Below are positions 39,396 to 49,767 of a stretch of DNA of 64,000 nucleotides, piece after piece. The translations under genes were made by a program, and so were the position numbers. The DNA lies in NCBI GenBank assembly GCA_052168235.1, contig JBQLZK010000002.1, positions 64,001 through 128,000 of the forward strand, written 5' to 3'. The DNA is from Thainema sp. GTDB taxonomy: Bacteria > Cyanobacteriota > Cyanobacteriia > Phormidesmidales > Phormidesmidaceae. The notes under the pieces are model-generated. The model was not told where the DNA came from. It saw nothing but the letters and a program-made list of their open reading frames with translations, and did not search any database. Every line of letters begins with the position of its first letter. Within the stretch, counting starts at the first letter, position 1.

Positions 39396-39446
39396 ATCTA
39401 AAAACCGGGGGAGCGCCCCTCCGGGGCGCTCCCCCGGTTTTTAGAT
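39396..39446. repeat. Long perfect palindrome (24-bp arms)
   Basis: ATCTAAAAACCGGGGGAGCGCCCC-TCC-GGGGCGCTCCCCCGGTTTTTAGAT. Confidence 0.9.
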
Positions 39447-39507
39447 AATGCTTTTATTTATATACGGCTACTTACATGTTGCTACTCTTATCGGGAATCA
39501 AACGGTC

Positions 39508-40032
39508 ATGAAACTACTGACTGGACTGGTCAAACTTACGTTAGGCATCTTTTTCGCACTCGTGCTGATGTCTCTAGTGGGCGTTGCGGCGACTCGATAC
39601 TTTATTGCCCGCCTCACTGCGGTGCCGCCAAAACCGGCATTTGCGAATGATACCGAAGAGACCTATGGTGCTCCCATCAATCAACCTGAGGAGCAGGAGC
39701 AACCGGCTACGGAACTCAAACCGCTAGGTGAAGGTACTCCACCACCAGAGGCTCCCCAGCCAGAAGCAGCACCTGCTGAGCAGCAAACGGAGGCTACACC
39801 TGAAGCCCCAGCCGAAGAAGCAGAGGGTTATGCGGCTCGCGTAACTCAACCGATTGGCTTGATTTTGCGGCAAGACCCATCACAGGATGCTGAGCATATT
39901 GGTGGAGTGGAGTATGAATCTGAACTGGTTGTTTTGAGTGAAAGCGACAACGGCGAATGGCAAAAGGTCAAATTGAGCAATGATCAAGTTGGCTGGGTGA
40001 AGGGCGGTAATACGGAGCCTGTAGGCGAGTAG
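39508..40032 (+). CDS. Membrane-anchored SH3b domain protein
   Basis: N-terminal TM, Pro/Glu linker and GLILRQDP...WQKV...GWVKGGN. Confidence 0.85.
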   Translation: MKLLTGLVKLTLGIFFALVLMSLVGVAATRYFIARLTAVPPKPAFANDTEETYGAPINQPEEQEQPATELKPLGEGTPPPEAPQPEAAPAEQQTEATPEAPAEEAEGYAARVTQPIGLILRQDPSQDAEHIGGVEYESELVVLSESDNGEWQKVKLSNDQVGWVKGGNTEPVGE

Positions 40033-40333
40033 TGATACCGCCGTTGCTATTGTGGTTGCGGCATTTGAAAAATTTAACGCTGGAACGTTCTAAAGTTAAA
40101 GCGTTTTAACGTCTCCAGAGTTCTTTAATCTTCTAGCTAATGCGTATTGCCATCAACTTTCAAAAGCGTTAGAGCCTTCAAGTATCTGTGTTAAGAAATA
40201 TGTGTAAAAGTCAACCTTGATTGCGTAGACTGCGGTTTCGGTTTTCTTCCTCAAAAGCCGATGATACCTTGATCAACAGCTTGATAAGCATTATTCGATC
40301 TAGGGATTATTCGGCGTTCTGATGTATAAAAAT

Positions 40334-40480
40334 TCAAAGAAAGATTGGGTTAGCTCTGTCGTAACGGCTGGTCTGGGTGCTGGAGTCGTTACATCCTTCG
40401 CAATCAGCCAGGGGCAGCATCCGCTCTTGGCGTTTGGAATTACCGTTTTTGCCATTCTGCTGGCGCTTTTGATTGATCAT
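40334..40480 (-). CDS. Possible 48-aa small protein
   Basis: ATG at 40480 preceded by AGGTG; MINQKRQQNGKNGNSKRQERMLPLADCEGCNDSSTQTSRYDRANPIFL. Confidence 0.3.
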   Translation of the reverse strand: MINQKRQQNGKNGNSKRQERMLPLADCEGCNDSSTQTSRYDRANPIFL

Positions 40481-40522
40481 TACACCTAACTGATACAGTG
40501 CTGAGAACTGAGTGCAGTAGAG

Positions 40523-40562
40523 AATGCGGCAGAAGGTAACGTTGCTTGTCTTCTGCCGCATT
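40523..40562 (-). terminator. Terminator-like hairpin after the sbcC-like gene
   Basis: AATGCGGCAGAAG...CTTCTGCCGCATT. Confidence 0.55.
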
Positions 40563-40583
40563 TGCTATCAGCCATAACAGCCG

Positions 40584-43346
40584 TTAAACCTGTCGTTCGA
40601 CGAAGATGACGTTTTCTGTCACCTTTTCAAAGGTGTCATCGTGACTGATGACAAAGATTTGACGGAAGGTTTTAATTCGAGCGATCGCTTCGGCGAGACT
40701 GTCGCGGCGGGGGCGATCCATGTTGGTAGTTGGTTCGTCGAAAAAGGCAATATCGAGATCAGCCAGTACTTTCAGCAGCGCCAGCCGAACAGCCAGAGCG
40801 GCACACATTTGTTCTCCACCTGAGAGGTTGGTAAAGCGACGGGTATTGGCACCCTCTTGCACTACAATCTCGTAATCCTGCGTCCAGTCCAGTGAAACAT
40901 TGGGGCGATTGAGTAACTCTCGAAATAGGCGATCCGCCTCCCGGGAGATGGTATGGAGATAAAGCTGAGTAATCCTTGGCCCTGCTTCTTTGTAGGTTTT
41001 ACGTGCAAAATTGATAAATCGCTTGGTGCGATCGCGTTTTTGGCGCTCCTGTTCAGCTTGATCTCGCTTAGCTGCAGTTTCTTTGAGAGCTGCGACTTGC
41101 TGATTAAGTTCGTGCAGTAGCTTTTGCTGTTGCGGCAGGCTACCCGTAATCTGGTCAGCCTGACTGCGAGTAGCGCTATAGGTTTGTTCGAGCTGAGCTA
41201 AGGTTTCGGCATCAAAGTCAGCCATCTGCTGATCGTATTGGGTATGAAGTTCAACCTGCTGTGCCTTCAATGCCGTGGTTCGCACGGTAATCTGCTCAAT
41301 TTCCTGGATGACAGACGGTAGTGCTTGCGCCGCTTTTTCATGCTGTAAGTAGCGTAGATAGCCGTCATGTTGCTGCTGCTGGCACTGTTTTTCGGCCTCG
41401 ACTAGGGCATCGAGTTCTGCAAATTCAGCAATTTGCTGCTCGACCTGATTGAGCTGAGTTTGGATATCTTTGAGTGCCGTTTGCAGTGCGGCATACTGCT
41501 GCTGAATAGGCTTGAGCTGCTGAAGTTGCTGCTGGAGGAGCTGACTGCGGCCTTTGGGATTGCCTAACTGTTGGATCTGCTGAGTGTAAGCCTGCTGCTG
41601 AAGTTGCTGCTCTGCTTCGGTTTGTAGCTGCTGCTGGTGCTGGGCTAACTGCTGCTGTAAACGCAGACCTTCCTGCTGGAGTGCGGCCTGCTGCTCCAGT
41701 TTTTGGGGCAAGCCAGCAGCTTGAGCTTTGGACTGATAGGCAGTGGCTAAATTCGACTGGTGCGATCTCAACTGCTGCTGCAACTGAGGTACGGATACCT
41801 GAGCCGATAGATCAGTCAAAATGCCATAGAGCGATCGCAGCATCTCTTGAGTGACCTCCACGCCGGACTCAATGGCCGCTGCAATCGATTCGACAGGGCT
41901 GGCAGCCAACAGCGGCATACTGCTTTGCAGCTCCTTTAGGGTTGCTAGTGCTGCTGCCGCTTCGGTTTGGTAGCGATCATGGCGTTCCTGTCCGCTGCTG
42001 ACCAACTGGTGCAGTTCTGCCTCAAACTGTTTGGCGGCTTCGACGCGGCTCAACTGCTCTTGGATGCGATCGCGTTTTTTCTCCAGATCAGGAATCTGCT
42101 GAATCTGCGCATCGAGACGCTGAATCTGTTCGATTTCAGACTGCACAGACTGGAGCTGGCGGCTGACCTGCTGGATTTGCTGCTGTACAGCTTGAGCTTG
42201 CACAGCAATCGACTGAAGCTGTTGCAGGGCTTTGCTAATTTCAGCAAGCTGTTGTTCAAGCTGTTCTTGCTGCTCAATCAGCGGTTTCAACTGAGTCAGA
42301 TCCTGCTCAGCCGTTGCTAGCTGCTCTAGCCGCAACTTCAGCCGAGTCAAATCCGTATCGCGATCGCGCATTTGCTGACGATACTGCTCTCGCTGATTCC
42401 AGAGTATTTGCCGCTGTCGGATCTGCTGCTCAAGCTGCTTCAGCTTATCGGTTGCTGCCTGATAGCTTTCGTAAGCAACTCGATTCACCTCGCAAATCTG
42501 CACCGCTTCTTTCGCCTGCTGCAGTGCCTGATCCAGCCGAATTGTCTGCTGTTCCTGCCCCTGAATTTGGGCGGTCAGAGTTGAAAGCTGAACCTTGAGG
42601 GTTTGGATTTGCTGCTGCTGGGCGAGTCGTTTTTGGCGTTCGGCTTCTAGCTGCTCTAGTTGAGTTTTTAGAGTCTTCAACGTGGCCTCATTTTGCTCCA
42701 GCTCCTGCTGCGCCTGGGCTTGCCGCTGCTGAAGCTCATCCCACTGCTCTAAGGTTTCATTGTATTGAAGAATCCGATCTGCGATCGCAGCCGATTGCCC
42801 CTCGGCATACTTCCGCAGTCCGTTCAACTCCTTGAACACTTTTTCGTATTCTTCAACTTTGAGAATTGCATCAAATACCCTTTTCCGATCAGACACTGAC
42901 TTGAGAAAATCGGCAGTGAAGGTTCCTTGCGGCACGCCAATCGTGTTGGCAAAGAGCTGGCCCAAATCCACGTTGGGCGCGACGCCCATATGTTCTCGCA
43001 GCCAAGGAAGAATTTCATCCTCAATCCGGCTGTAGGATAATCGCTGATCAAGCTGGGGATCATAAATGGCATAACCTTTGTTCGTGGAGCGGAGCACCTG
43101 ATATGTCCGACCGTCACGGCTAGACACAAATTCCACCATTACTTGAGCGCTACCTGTGCCATTTCGAATCAAATCTGCCGTGACGTAGTCACCCCTGTAA
43201 TTAAACAGCACCCAGGCAATCGCTTCTAAAATACTGGTTTTGCCTGCTCCATTTTCACCACAAATCGCATTGGTGCCGGGCTGAAACTTAAAGTGGCGAT
43301 CCTGATGGGTCTTGAAATTCGTTAGCGTTACGGACAGAATCTGCAT
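40584..43346 (-). CDS. sbcC: SMC-family ATPase, SbcC/Rad50-like
   Basis: GENGAGKTS, a long Gln-rich coiled coil, LSGGEQ, FFDEPT and ISHD motifs. Confidence 0.85.
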   Translation of the reverse strand: MQILSVTLTNFKTHQDRHFKFQPGTNAICGENGAGKTSILEAIAWVLFNYRGDYVTADLIRNGTGSAQVMVEFVSSRDGRTYQVLRSTNKGYAIYDPQLDQRLSYSRIEDEILPWLREHMGVAPNVDLGQLFANTIGVPQGTFTADFLKSVSDRKRVFDAILKVEEYEKVFKELNGLRKYAEGQSAAIADRILQYNETLEQWDELQQRQAQAQQELEQNEATLKTLKTQLEQLEAERQKRLAQQQQIQTLKVQLSTLTAQIQGQEQQTIRLDQALQQAKEAVQICEVNRVAYESYQAATDKLKQLEQQIRQRQILWNQREQYRQQMRDRDTDLTRLKLRLEQLATAEQDLTQLKPLIEQQEQLEQQLAEISKALQQLQSIAVQAQAVQQQIQQVSRQLQSVQSEIEQIQRLDAQIQQIPDLEKKRDRIQEQLSRVEAAKQFEAELHQLVSSGQERHDRYQTEAAAALATLKELQSSMPLLAASPVESIAAAIESGVEVTQEMLRSLYGILTDLSAQVSVPQLQQQLRSHQSNLATAYQSKAQAAGLPQKLEQQAALQQEGLRLQQQLAQHQQQLQTEAEQQLQQQAYTQQIQQLGNPKGRSQLLQQQLQQLKPIQQQYAALQTALKDIQTQLNQVEQQIAEFAELDALVEAEKQCQQQQHDGYLRYLQHEKAAQALPSVIQEIEQITVRTTALKAQQVELHTQYDQQMADFDAETLAQLEQTYSATRSQADQITGSLPQQQKLLHELNQQVAALKETAAKRDQAEQERQKRDRTKRFINFARKTYKEAGPRITQLYLHTISREADRLFRELLNRPNVSLDWTQDYEIVVQEGANTRRFTNLSGGEQMCAALAVRLALLKVLADLDIAFFDEPTTNMDRPRRDSLAEAIARIKTFRQIFVISHDDTFEKVTENVIFVERQV

Positions 43347-43665
43347 GATTCTCGTTCGAATTCTCGTTCAAAAATGGTACAGAGGATCTGATTTTAGCTT
43401 GTCTCATCTTAGCGTTCTGTTGGCAAATGGGAAAACATCACGAATGTTTTAGCGATCGCACCCATTTACTGCTCTTGTAACTGATATGACTTGGTAGTGA
43501 TAAGCTCGCATCTTGCCCAGAATACTTCTATTTTTTCCAATCTGAATAAAAGTTTGGCTTAGGTGAAAATCTCTCAGAATTGCTATTCCTAGTGTTTTAG
43601 ACGGGGTCGAAGTGGGAATACTGGAACTGATTTATTTTTACAGCAAGAATATTTAGGGCAGCCCT

Positions 43666-46182
43666 ATGCAACTTTCCCGATTCACAACCTGGCATAAGTT
43701 TTTGCATTGGCAGCACCACCAGCATTTCAAGGGACTGTCTTCTAACTTACTCACACGGTTGATTATTGGTGGTACCACCTTAGTTGTGAGTGCTTCTGCT
43801 TACTGGAGTTATCAAGTGGTCAGAAACTTGACGCTTGACAACCTTAAACAAAATGCTTTCTTAGAGGTTCAGCAAGGAGTCAATGAGATTGACAAATGGC
43901 TAGCCACTCACAAGGCAGAAGTGGTAACGCTAGCCAACACTGAGACAGCTTTGTCAATGGATTGGTCTGTTGCTCAATCCTATCTAGAGGCAGAAGCAAA
44001 ACGCCTTGAGGGGTTCCATCATCTAATTTATGCCAATCCAGATGGTTCCTACTACGTTACAGGGCAAGGTTTAGCTCAAGGTAACAATATTAGCGATCGC
44101 TTATATTTCCAAGAAGCGATCGCAGGACGAGTTAATGTTTCTGATCCGTTCATCAGCCGCTCGTTGGGCATTCCTAAAATTGGGGTCAACGCCCCCATTG
44201 GGCCTGCTGAACGACCCGTTGGCGTATTGAGTGGTGGCATCCGCGTGGATCACATTGTTCAAGTTACCCATCAGTTGCAGTATGGCTCCGGCAGCTATGC
44301 CTTCGCCCTAAATTCGCAAGGACAAGCCATCGTCCATCCTAATCCATCATTGATGTCAACAATTGAAAGGCCAGCTCCTACTCTAACTGAAGCATCAGAT
44401 CCAGGCTTAGCTGCGATCGCGCACAAAATGGTTAATCAGCAGCAAGGGATTGAGCTGGTTAACCTCGATAATGTGGGCCAATATATTGCCTACATTCCAC
44501 TCGAAGAAGCCAATTGGTCAATTGCCTTAGTCATTCCACGAAAGAATATTGAAGCTCAGCTACTGCCTTTGGATGTCATTGCCGTCGTCGTCGTCGGACT
44601 AGCGGGCACGATGATTACAGTGCTATGGAAAGTGCAGTCGTTTGAGCAGGCACAACTCAAAAGATCTAAAGCGGCGGCGGAAGCGGCTAAACAAGCGGCT
44701 GACGCTGCCAACCAAGCCAAGAGCCAGTTTCTGGCCAATATGAGTCATGAACTGCGGACGCCCCTCAATGGAATTTTGGGTTATGCCCAAATTTTTCAAC
44801 GTGACAAAACACTGACTTCCAAGCAGCGAGATGGACTCAATGTCATCTATCAGTGTGGCTCTCATCTGCTCAATCTAATTAATGATGTCTTAGATATTTC
44901 TAAGATCGAGGCTAAAAAGCTAGAGCTATATTCTACTGATTTTGCCTTGCCCCATTGCTTACAAAACATCAAAGAAATTTGCCGCATTAGAGCTGAACAG
45001 AAAGAACTAGAATTTGACTATCAAGTTGTTAATTCTCTACCCCGTGCTGTTCATGCCGATGAAAAACGTCTCCGTCAAGTTTTAATTAATCTACTCGGTA
45101 ATGCTATCAAGTTTACAGATCAAGGGAAAGTCACCTTCAAAGTTGAGGTTTTGGGAAGGAGCAGTAAACCTATTCATCAACAAAGCAATCGTAATACAGA
45201 GCTGTCATCTGCTGCAGAATATACAATAATTCGCTTTCAAGTAGAAGATACTGGTGTGGGCATGAGTCCAGATCAAATGGCAAGAATATTTCTCCCCTTT
45301 GAGCAGGTAGGAGATGATTTGCGTAAGGTTGAAGGTACAGGATTGGGATTAGCAATTAGCCGCCAAATTGTTGAAATGATGGGGAGCGAAATCCAAGTTG
45401 AGAGTACTCTAGGCATTGGCAGCAGGTTTTGGTTTGATCTCGAATTTCCAGAAGCAGCCGAAGTAATTGAGCGAGAATGTGCTGCAGCACAAACTGCGAT
45501 TACGGGATATCAAGGGGAACGACGTACTATTCTACTAGTGGATGATCGCTGGGAAAATCGTGCTGTCATTTCCCATTTGCTGCAACCGATTGGTCTCGAA
45601 GTGATTGAAGCAACGAATGGCCAAGAGGGAATAATTCAGGCTCAACGGCACCAACCCGACTTAATCATCACAGATTTAGCAATGCCTATAATGGATGGCT
45701 ATCAAATGACCCAAGAATTACGGTCACGAACAGAATTTATCAATATCCCTATCATCGCATCTTCAGCATCTGTATTTAGTTTTAATCGCCAACAAAGTCA
45801 AGAAGCAGGCTGTAATGATTTTCTCGCTAAACCTGTGCAAGCAGAAGAACTCTTTGAACAACTTCAGCGCTATCTCAATCTAATTTGGGTTCAAGAAATC
45901 GCGGAGCTAAATCCTCGCTGTTCAATTGCTACAACACAAGACCAAGCAGATAGTAATGTGCAGGAAGGCTCAGCTCAAGACATGGTTGTGCCACCCGTAA
46001 AAGAATTGTTGACGCTTTATCAAGCTGCTCAAGCTGGCTATATTGCTGTGATTGAACAGGAAGCAAGACGAATCAAACAGCAGAACCGAGATTATCGAGC
46101 TTTTGCGGGCAAAATCTTAGATTTAGTCGATACGTTTGATGATGAATTAATTGTTGATCTTATTCGTCCCTATCTCGCGTAA
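43666..46182 (+). CDS. Hybrid sensor histidine kinase (dCache - HisKA - HATPase - REC)
   Basis: Two TMs flanking a Cache domain; FLANMSHELRTPLN, NLLGNAIKFT, GTGLGLAIS and IITDLAMP motifs. Confidence 0.93.
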   Translation: MQLSRFTTWHKFLHWQHHQHFKGLSSNLLTRLIIGGTTLVVSASAYWSYQVVRNLTLDNLKQNAFLEVQQGVNEIDKWLATHKAEVVTLANTETALSMDWSVAQSYLEAEAKRLEGFHHLIYANPDGSYYVTGQGLAQGNNISDRLYFQEAIAGRVNVSDPFISRSLGIPKIGVNAPIGPAERPVGVLSGGIRVDHIVQVTHQLQYGSGSYAFALNSQGQAIVHPNPSLMSTIERPAPTLTEASDPGLAAIAHKMVNQQQGIELVNLDNVGQYIAYIPLEEANWSIALVIPRKNIEAQLLPLDVIAVVVVGLAGTMITVLWKVQSFEQAQLKRSKAAAEAAKQAADAANQAKSQFLANMSHELRTPLNGILGYAQIFQRDKTLTSKQRDGLNVIYQCGSHLLNLINDVLDISKIEAKKLELYSTDFALPHCLQNIKEICRIRAEQKELEFDYQVVNSLPRAVHADEKRLRQVLINLLGNAIKFTDQGKVTFKVEVLGRSSKPIHQQSNRNTELSSAAEYTIIRFQVEDTGVGMSPDQMARIFLPFEQVGDDLRKVEGTGLGLAISRQIVEMMGSEIQVESTLGIGSRFWFDLEFPEAAEVIERECAAAQTAITGYQGERRTILLVDDRWENRAVISHLLQPIGLEVIEATNGQEGIIQAQRHQPDLIITDLAMPIMDGYQMTQELRSRTEFINIPIIASSASVFSFNRQQSQEAGCNDFLAKPVQAEELFEQLQRYLNLIWVQEIAELNPRCSIATTQDQADSNVQEGSAQDMVVPPVKELLTLYQAAQAGYIAVIEQEARRIKQQNRDYRAFAGKILDLVDTFDDELIVDLIRPYLA

Positions 46183-46188
46183 TTCAAG

Positions 46189-47430
46189 ATGCACAAGTTA
46201 TCTGGTGATTCTATTCTTGTTGTTGATGATATTCCAACTAACATAAAAGTTTTATTCGATCTGCTGTATGACTCTGGTTTCAAAATCTATGTTGCGAAGA
46301 GTGGAGAAAGTGCATTAAGCAAATTGCAACAAGTGCGACCAGATTTGATTTTACTTGATGTGATGATGCCAGGAATCGATGGATTTGAAACCTGTCGTCG
46401 TTTAAAAGCTGAACCTACCACCAAAGAAATTCCGGTTATCTTTATGACTGCCCTATCTGATGTAGTAGATAAGGTTAAGGGGTTACAGCTAGGGGCAGTA
46501 GACTATATCACTAAACCGATTCAACACGAAGAAGTACTCGCTCGTATCAACGTTCACTTAGAACTTCGGCAAGCCCAACTTAAGCTTATTCAGGAAGAAA
46601 AAATGTCTTCTCTGGGTCAATTGGTGGCGGGCATCGCTCATGAAATTAACAATCCAGTTAATTTTATTTGTGGTAATCTAGCTCACGCTCATCAATATAT
46701 TCAAGAATTATTTGGCCTATTTCAACTCTATGAAAGTCATTTAGCTGAGCCCAACATAGAAATTCAAGCTTATTCAGAAACGATCGATCTTGAATTCATT
46801 AAACAAGATCTACCCCAATTATTATCTTCGATGAAGGTAGGAACTACCCGCATTCAGGAAATTATACGAGCATTACATTCATTCTCTAGGCTAGATCAAG
46901 CTGAATATAAGTCGGTGAATTTGCACGACGGTATTGACAGTACGCTCATGCTCTTAAATAACCGCCTTAAAGTCAAACCGTCGCGTCCAGCAATTGCGAT
47001 CGCAAAAGAGTATGGTGATTTACCAGAAGTGGAATGCTATCCTGGGCCACTCAATCAGGTCTTTATGCATCTTCTAATGAATGCGATTGATGCGATTGAC
47101 GAAAAAATAGACCGTAAAGATATCTCTCAAGCATACTTTGAGCCTCAGATTAGGATTCGTACGAACTGGGTAGCTGAACATCAAGAAGTTGTTGTTCACA
47201 TTGTGGATAACGGTGTGGGTATGTTCCCACAAGTACAGCAGCAGATATTCAATCAGTTTTTTACGACCAAGCCGATCGGTCAGGGAACTGGATTAGGGTT
47301 ATCAATTAGCTATCAAATTGTCGTAGAGCGCCATCAGGGCCAGCTGTGGTGTAGCTCAGAATTTGGTCAGGGCACCGAATTTATGGTTAAGATTCCTTTA
47401 GGCAGTAAATATCAGACACATGAAAGCTGA
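46189..47430 (+). CDS. Hybrid response regulator-histidine kinase (REC - HisKA - HATPase)
   Basis: LLDVMMPGIDG, AGIAHEINNP and FFTTKPIGQGTGLGLSIS motifs. Confidence 0.93.
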   Translation: MHKLSGDSILVVDDIPTNIKVLFDLLYDSGFKIYVAKSGESALSKLQQVRPDLILLDVMMPGIDGFETCRRLKAEPTTKEIPVIFMTALSDVVDKVKGLQLGAVDYITKPIQHEEVLARINVHLELRQAQLKLIQEEKMSSLGQLVAGIAHEINNPVNFICGNLAHAHQYIQELFGLFQLYESHLAEPNIEIQAYSETIDLEFIKQDLPQLLSSMKVGTTRIQEIIRALHSFSRLDQAEYKSVNLHDGIDSTLMLLNNRLKVKPSRPAIAIAKEYGDLPEVECYPGPLNQVFMHLLMNAIDAIDEKIDRKDISQAYFEPQIRIRTNWVAEHQEVVVHIVDNGVGMFPQVQQQIFNQFFTTKPIGQGTGLGLSISYQIVVERHQGQLWCSSEFGQGTEFMVKIPLGSKYQTHES

Positions 47431-47498
47431 TTCGGAAACTAGAGATAGACCTACAGAGCATTAGCTATTTTCATAGCATTACGCACAAGAACGAAATT

Positions 47499-47879
47499 AT
47501 GGCTAAATTTTTTCTTGCGATCGCACCCATCCTAGCTGGCATCGCTGTCGCTGCCGGAGCCTTCGCGGCTCATGCGCTCAAGTCTAAGCTATCGGAAAAT
47601 GCGTTAGAAATTTTTGAAACCGGCGCACGCTATCAGATGTATCACGCGTTGGGATTGCTATTGATTGGCATTCTGCTGCTGCTCGTTCCAACTGGCCAAA
47701 CCTGGATAACGGTGGCAGGATTTGCCTTTTTAGCCGGAATTGTCCTGTTCTCAGGTAGCCTGTATGGTCTGAGCCTGACGGGGATGAAGTGGCTGGGGCC
47801 AATCACTCCGCTCGGCGGCGTTGCTTTTATGGTGGGCTGGGGCTGTCTTGCGATCGCAGCACTTGGCTTCAAAGGATAA
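47499..47879 (+). CDS. DUF423 family membrane protein
   Basis: GAFAAH, YQMYHALGL, LFSGSLY and GPITPLGG motifs. Confidence 0.92.
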   Translation: MAKFFLAIAPILAGIAVAAGAFAAHALKSKLSENALEIFETGARYQMYHALGLLLIGILLLLVPTGQTWITVAGFAFLAGIVLFSGSLYGLSLTGMKWLGPITPLGGVAFMVGWGCLAIAALGFKG

Positions 47880-47893
47880 ACTAAACTCATACT

Positions 47894-47923
47894 GAAAAGG
47901 GAGGCTAAACAGCCTCCCTTTTC
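47894..47923. terminator. Bidirectional terminator
   Basis: GAAAAGGGAGGCT-AAAC-AGCCTCCCTTTTC. Confidence 0.8.
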
Positions 47924-47966
47924 GTGTTTTCACTTGTCTCTAGAAATTGGCTAATTGCCTAAATTT

Positions 47967-49484
47967 CTAGCGGTCTATAGTGGAGCTAACTGAAGCAGCA
48001 CCAATGGCGCTCGACTCTTTCAGGAAACCACTGTAAGCTTCCATGCCGTGTTCGCTGATGTCTAGACCAACCAGCTCTTCCTCTTCGGTTACGCGGATAC
48101 CCAACGTAGACTTGAGCGCTAACCAAAAGATTGAGCTTGCGATAACGGTAAACAAACCAATGGACAGAATACCAACGATTTGTGCAATGAGCTGCGTAAT
48201 GCCGCCGCCATAGAACAGACCGACGATTGCATCTTCTGAGCCAGCCTGGTAGAAGTTGTTGGGATTCGCGAATAGACCGACCGCTAGCGTTCCCCACACA
48301 CCGCAAACCAAGTGAACGGAGGTTGCACCTACTGGATCATCAATTTTGATGCTGTCAAAGAAGAGAACTGAGAAAACAACCAGTACACCCGCAATCAAAC
48401 CGATGATGACTGCGCCAAGATAGCCAACAACAGCAGTTCCAGCGGTGATGCCAACTAAACCAGCCAAAATGCCGTTGATGATCATGGACAGGTCAGGCTT
48501 GCCAGAGGTGATCCAGGAGGTGATCGTTGCAGCTACACCACCTGCTGCTGCTGCCAAATTGGTTGTTACAGCAATAAAGGGAACATTTGCTGTTGCACCG
48601 AGCTCGGAACCTGGATTAAATCCAAACCAGCCAATCCATAGAATTAAACAGCCCAACATCGCCAAACTCATGTTGTGACCAGGGATCGCATTGGTTTGGC
48701 CACCGGAATATTTACCGATCCGGGGGCCAAGGAATGCTGCGCCCATCAGAGCTGCCCAACCACCAACAGAGTGAACTACGGTTGAGCCAGCAAAGTCATG
48801 GAAACCAAATTCAGCCAGCCAACCACCAGCCCATACCCAGTGACCTGTAATTGGATAAGAGATACCGGTTAGCAGGATGCTGAAGATGAGGAAGTCTACG
48901 AATTTAACCCGTTCAGCCACCGCACCAGAAACGATGGTTGCTGCCGTAGCGGCAAATGCGACTTGGAATAGGAAGGACACTGGAACGGTCAAACCTGCAG
49001 TTGGATCATTGCCATAGGTTTCAGGACCACCCGACAAGAACCAACCGCCACCTCCAATAAAACCATTGCCACCAGTTCCATACATTAAAGAGAAACCAAT
49101 AGCCCAATAGGCAAGAGTGGCTAATGCAAAAACGATTAGGTTCTTAGACAGAATGTTGACTGCGTTCTTCTGACGGCAGAATCCGGTTTCTAACATACCG
49201 AATCCAGCGTTCATGAAGATAACCAGTACGGCTGCGATAGTAATCCAAATGTTGTCCAAAACGGACTGGATATCGGAATATGGTGCATCCTGAGCATGAG
49301 CTGCAGTTCCCCATACAACTGCGATCGCAATTGCCAGTGGGAGGCAAGCAACCCACGTCCAGGACTTCATGCTACGAGGCAGTGCAATCTGGTTAAAGAT
49401 TGAAACTGGTGAATAAAAATTAATCCCAGAGGACGCCCGTTTTGCTCGCCCCCTAGATCTCTGTGTCATTTCTCTAGACATCAT
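47967..49484 (-). CDS. amt: Ammonium transporter (Amt1-type)
   Basis: [33 protein letters not shown] and [10 protein letters not shown] motifs. Confidence 0.97.
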   Translation of the reverse strand: MMSREMTQRSRGRAKRASSGINFYSPVSIFNQIALPRSMKSWTWVACLPLAIAIAVVWGTAAHAQDAPYSDIQSVLDNIWITIAAVLVIFMNAGFGMLETGFCRQKNAVNILSKNLIVFALATLAYWAIGFSLMYGTGGNGFIGGGGWFLSGGPETYGNDPTAGLTVPVSFLFQVAFAATAATIVSGAVAERVKFVDFLIFSILLTGISYPITGHWVWAGGWLAEFGFHDFAGSTVVHSVGGWAALMGAAFLGPRIGKYSGGQTNAIPGHNMSLAMLGCLILWIGWFGFNPGSELGATANVPFIAVTTNLAAAAGGVAATITSWITSGKPDLSMIINGILAGLVGITAGTAVVGYLGAVIIGLIAGVLVVFSVLFFDSIKIDDPVGATSVHLVCGVWGTLAVGLFANPNNFYQAGSEDAIVGLFYGGGITQLIAQIVGILSIGLFTVIASSIFWLALKSTLGIRVTEEEELVGLDISEHGMEAYSGFLKESSAIGAASVSSTIDR

Positions 49485-49560
49485 TACTGGAGATTCCTTC
49501 TCTTAGGGTCAACACATCTACTCTCCACTGGATAAGTTTGCCTCACCCAGGTTTGAACTA

Positions 49561-49630
49561 AAGGAGAATCGGTAGTACACGTCAGCGGGAGGCACCGCTC
49601 CCAACGGATTCCCGTTACGCTTTGGTTTGG
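49561..49630 (-). promoter_or_regulatory. Candidate structured RNA element in the amt 5' leader
   Basis: Two adjacent GC hairpins closed by a short stem; the loop CGGTG is complementary to downstream TACCG. Confidence 0.45.
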
Positions 49631-49767
49631 AAAACTTGACCTCAACCAGATAAACCCAATGGATCTTTCACGATTCAGATCAAATCTGACAGTGTTAATG
49701 CACTCAAATGCAAAATTTGTGTAAAAAAAGAGTCAAGATGATTGCACCAATTCCACTGAGTTAATTC

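Noticed and set aside
40584..43346. SMC-based defence system (Wadjet/Lamassu)
   Set aside because: Stand-alone gene without jet or effector partners, rich in HIP1 and consistent with housekeeping SbcC.
49485..49740. Known riboswitch (c-di-AMP ydaO, glutamine glnA, c-di-GMP) upstream of amt
   Set aside because: Only fragments (CTGAATC, TACCGA) resemble those families and their core consensus motifs are missing. Kept as an unassigned candidate.
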